Shown here: positions 23,123 to 25,706 of the stretch, piece after piece | Numbering within the stretch: position 1 is the first letter of the stretch | How the letters are laid out: each line of letters begins with the position of its first letter | Origin: a virus | Taxonomy: Duplodnaviria > Caudoviricetes | IMG/VR virus record: IMGVR_UViG_3300018039_000017 | Span: 1 to 25,706 of that record | Length of the DNA: 25,706 nucleotides | Direction: 5' to 3' (one strand) | Notes under the pieces: generated by a model | Database searches by the model: none | What the model saw: the letters and a program-made list of their open reading frames with translations, nothing else | Told to the model about the DNA's origin: nothing | Position numbers and translations under genes: made by a program

Positions 23123-25706
23123 CGCGCAGCATTTCGGCGGCATCGCAAACGGAACTTGCAAAATCAACCGGCGCGTTTCTTCGGTATGTTCTCGAAATTC
23201 AATGGGGCGGCGCAACGGGAACAAAGTATTATTCGGATGAAGAAATTTCGCCAACATCGGGCGGCTTCACAACGGATGATCGGGTTAATCGTTGGGGCAA
23301 TCTTCGCGTTCAAGGGAAACCGGCGCAAGTCGGTTCAAGCAATTCTTTCAATCTGGTTTTGCGTGATAATGATTTTGCGTTGCGCGATTTGTTCTTTGCG
23401 AAGCCGGGCGTTCAAGGAAAGATTGCGAAAGTTTATGTTTGGTTTGAAGGAACAAATTGGAGCGATGCCGTTACGGTTTTCGCTGGCATTCTCACCGCGC
23501 CTTTCAAGTTCTCCGAACGTTCCGTTGATTGGCAAGTTACGCTTACCGGAATCGAAAAACATTTTGATCGCTCGATTGGCTTGCCGTTGACGCGGCAAGT
23601 TTTTCCGGAAGTTGTTTGCGATGATTGCGAAGGAAAAATTATTCCTATCGTTTACGGCAATCCCGTTAATCGCGTTCCGGCATGTTTGATTGATAGGCCG
23701 GGGAAGGGTTACTTGTCGCAAGTTTTCCGGCATACTTCAACCGCGCTTTACCTGAATGACACGGCTGCGAATCTTGGCTTCACTTCCGGAACGTCAATCG
23801 ATTTGATGATTGGTTATCCGAACGATTATGAAATCGTTACGGGAAGCTTTGCAGCTTCCGACACAAATCAATTCGATTGGACAAGCCGAAGCAAAATTTT
23901 ACAGGCCGGAACGTCCGACGGCGATGTGAACGTTGACGGCTTTACGCATTCCGCCGTTCCTTCCAGCGATTTCACGAACGCGCATATTTCGCGTGCCGGG
24001 CATTTAATTTCGTGGTATTTAGACAACGACAACGGCGGGCAAGAATGGTTTACGTTTTTGATCACGAAATGGAAAGCGCCGTTTAACATCAACATCGCTG
24101 TTCATCCGGAACCGGATATTCCAAGCGGCGGAACCGGAACCGGGGATGCCTATCGAATTTGGGCGGATCCCGGCGTTGTTCCATATTGGCCAGCCGGAAC
24201 TCCGGTTTATGAAGTTGGAGATTGGACTTACGTTATCAACTATTTGCCTTCCGAAGAAATTCAAAAAGTTGAGGCGCGCGGAAGCGAACAAAGCCAAAAC
24301 GAAACCGAACAAGTTTACCATGAATACAATACGGATTTTTGGACGGCAACGCTTGACGACGATACATACAATGCCGATTTGGGCCGGGCTGGTTCGGATC
24401 CCGGAATCACAACGATTGCAGTCAATCAACCGCCGACGAAACTTGGCTTCGCCGAAGAAACGATTTGGGTTACATTAGTCGGAATCACTGACGACGAAAC
24501 CGCAACCGGAACGCCGTTAGAAAAAGGCCCGGAAATCATCGAACATATTTTGACTTCGGAATTTCTCGGCAACATAGATACAAGCTTTATCGATACGGCG
24601 GCATTCAGCGCGGCGAATACGGCGGTTGCCGAGAAGTTTCAAATGGCAATCGTTGACGAAAAGAACATTCATCAACTTGCCGGGGATCTCGCGTTTCAAT
24701 GTTTCTGTTTATATTTTTGGGATGCGGGCAAAGCTTCAATCAAAAAAATCGTTGTTGATCTTTCCGGCGAAACATCGGATGCAACTTATACGCAAGCCGA
24801 CAAAACGCACGCAAGCGAAGCGCCGTTGATGATTTCGCAACCGTCGATTGAAAGCCTCTTTACCGAATTGCTGGCAACGATGCGAACGGCTTTAAGTTCT
24901 CCGGAATCAAAACTTTTCCGGCGTTCTCCGGATGCAATCGCGGCGTTCGGGAAGCGGCGAAAAAATATCAATCTTTGGGCGTATCAAAACACCGAATACG
25001 TTTCAAACATCGCGGAAGATTGGCTTTCGTATTATCTTGGTTTTCAACAAACGGTTGAATTTACCGCGCGGGTTAATGCGCTGGATCGGCAACCGGGCGA
25101 TATCGTTACGGCAAACTTTTCAAGCGGCGATTCGGTTTCGATTATAAATCAAAAAACTCGCGTTGTTGGCGTTTCGCATACGTTCGGAAAGGCTGGCGAA
25201 CAAACGGATCGAATCAAACTAGAATGCGAATATCCGTTGTGGACGTATGCCATTGAAGCCGCAACATACACGAACGAAGATTGCAACGTTGCGATTCCGG
25301 TTGAAACTTCGGATCCATCAACTTCGGTTACAACCGTTTCGACAACTTCAACAACGACAACTTCAACAACAACCGAATCAACAACGACGGAAGGCGGAAC
25401 GACCACAACAACTACTTCAACAACGACGGAAGAGCCGGGAACAACAACGACAACGACCGAAACGACAACAACTTCAACGACAACCGGGGAAGGCGAAACG
25501 ACAACCACAACAACCACAACGACCACAACGACCACAACGACCACAACGACCACAACGACAACCACAACGACAACCACAACAACTTCATCGACAACCAACG
25601 GCGGCGGAACTCCCGGCCCGACAACAACGCCGGACGGCGGTACAACGACAACTTCAACGACAACCGGGGAAGGCGGAACAACAACAACAACAACAACAAC
25701 AACAAC
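23119..25706 (+). CDS. tail tip/baseplate hub protein with Thr-rich mucin-like region (partial, >862 aa; absent from ORF track)
   Basis: The ATG at 23119 overlaps the TMP stop. Read by hand with no stop to the window end: MTRSISAASQTELAK...VLEIQWGG...GKIIPIVYG...LDRQPGDIV, then poly-Thr. Confidence 0.85.
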   Translation, partial: MTRSISAASQTELAKSTGAFLRYVLEIQWGGATGTKYYSDEEISPTSGGFTTDDRVNRWGNLRVQGKPAQVGSSNSFNLVLRDNDFALRDLFFAKPGVQGKIAKVYVWFEGTNWSDAVTVFAGILTAPFKFSERSVDWQVTLTGIEKHFDRSIGLPLTRQVFPEVVCDDCEGKIIPIVYGNPVNRVPACLIDRPGKGYLSQVFRHTSTALYLNDTAANLGFTSGTSIDLMIGYPNDYEIVTGSFAASDTNQFDWTSRSKILQAGTSDGDVNVDGFTHSAVPSSDFTNAHISRAGHLISWYLDNDNGGQEWFTFLITKWKAPFNINIAVHPEPDIPSGGTGTGDAYRIWADPGVVPYWPAGTPVYEVGDWTYVINYLPSEEIQKVEARGSEQSQNETEQVYHEYNTDFWTATLDDDTYNADLGRAGSDPGITTIAVNQPPTKLGFAEETIWVTLVGITDDETATGTPLEKGPEIIEHILTSEFLGNIDTSFIDTAAFSAANTAVAEKFQMAIVDEKNIHQLAGDLAFQCFCLYFWDAGKASIKKIVVDLSGETSDATYTQADKTHASEAPLMISQPSIESLFTELLATMRTALSSPESKLFRRSPDAIAAFGKRRKNINLWAYQNTEYVSNIAEDWLSYYLGFQQTVEFTARVNALDRQPGDIVTANFSSGDSVSIINQKTRVVGVSHTFGKAGEQTDRIKLECEYPLWTYAIEAATYTNEDCNVAIPVETSDPSTSVTTVSTTSTTTTSTTTESTTTEGGTTTTTTSTTTEEPGTTTTTTETTTTSTTTGEGETTTTTTTTTTTTTTTTTTTTTTTTTTTTTSSTTNGGGTPGPTTTPDGGTTTTSTTTGEGGTTTTTTTTT
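25321..25706 (+). repeat. poly-Thr coding repeat
   Basis: 29 consecutive Thr codons at 25498-25584, including (ACCACAACG)x5 at 25513-25557. A 28-bp direct repeat ACAACTTCAACGACAACCGGGGAAGGCG occurs at 25468 and 25648; ACA run at the end. Confidence 0.92.

Larger units (their letters stand above)
1..25706 (+). mobile_element. siphovirus-like phage/prophage morphogenesis region
   Basis: Co-oriented terminase-portal-MuF-protease-capsid-neck-tube-chaperone-TMP-tip genes; no sheath gene seen. No integrase or att site in the window. Confidence 0.93.

Noticed and set aside
23156-25147. Short track ORFs suggesting a fragmented or non-coding region after the TMP
   Set aside because: A single uninterrupted frame from 23119 to the window end explains the region; it was omitted from the track only because it has no stop codon in the window.
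25149-25705. Minus-strand poly-Val and poly-Leu ORFs
   Set aside because: These are antisense shadows of the poly-Thr codons.
25321-25706. AAC-rich tract as a DGR template repeat or CRISPR array
   Set aside because: The tract reads as in-frame Thr codons. There is no TR/VR pair, reverse transcriptase, or repeat-spacer periodicity in the window.
1-25706. Alternative genetic code (stop-codon reassignment)
   Set aside because: TAG, TGA and TAA all end genes at sensible boundaries (e.g. TAG at 2275, 4066 and 5347) and genes are intact under the standard code.

Overview
The window is the packaging, head and tail module of a tailed siphovirus-type phage or prophage with an HK97-fold capsid. All credible genes are on the + strand. 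The order is: small ORFs including a Methyltransf_24-like methyltransferase, a probable terminase small subunit, the terminase large subunit, a five-gene insert (sulfotransferase, DUF6527-like, Zn-finger proteins), portal, a MuF head protein with a C-terminal HExxH metallopeptidase-like extension plus a small partner ORF, a self-contained two-gene moron with an operator-flanked promoter and terminators, prohead protease, a 56-aa ORF missing from the track followed by a terminator/antiterminator-like RNA, major capsid, decoration protein, neck and tail genes, a tail chaperone with an A_AAA_AAG -1 frameshift, a Dit-like gene placed before the tape measure, the tape measure, and a >862-aa tail-tip ORF (also missing from the track) that runs off the window in a poly-Thr mucin-like tract. 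The best leads are the small-protein plus RNA switch in front of the capsid gene, the MuF-peptidase/partner pair, the possible virion-glycan decoration set (methyltransferase, sulfotransferase, Thr stalk) and the anti-defence-like moron. Family calls come from motif recognition by eye; no database searches were run.
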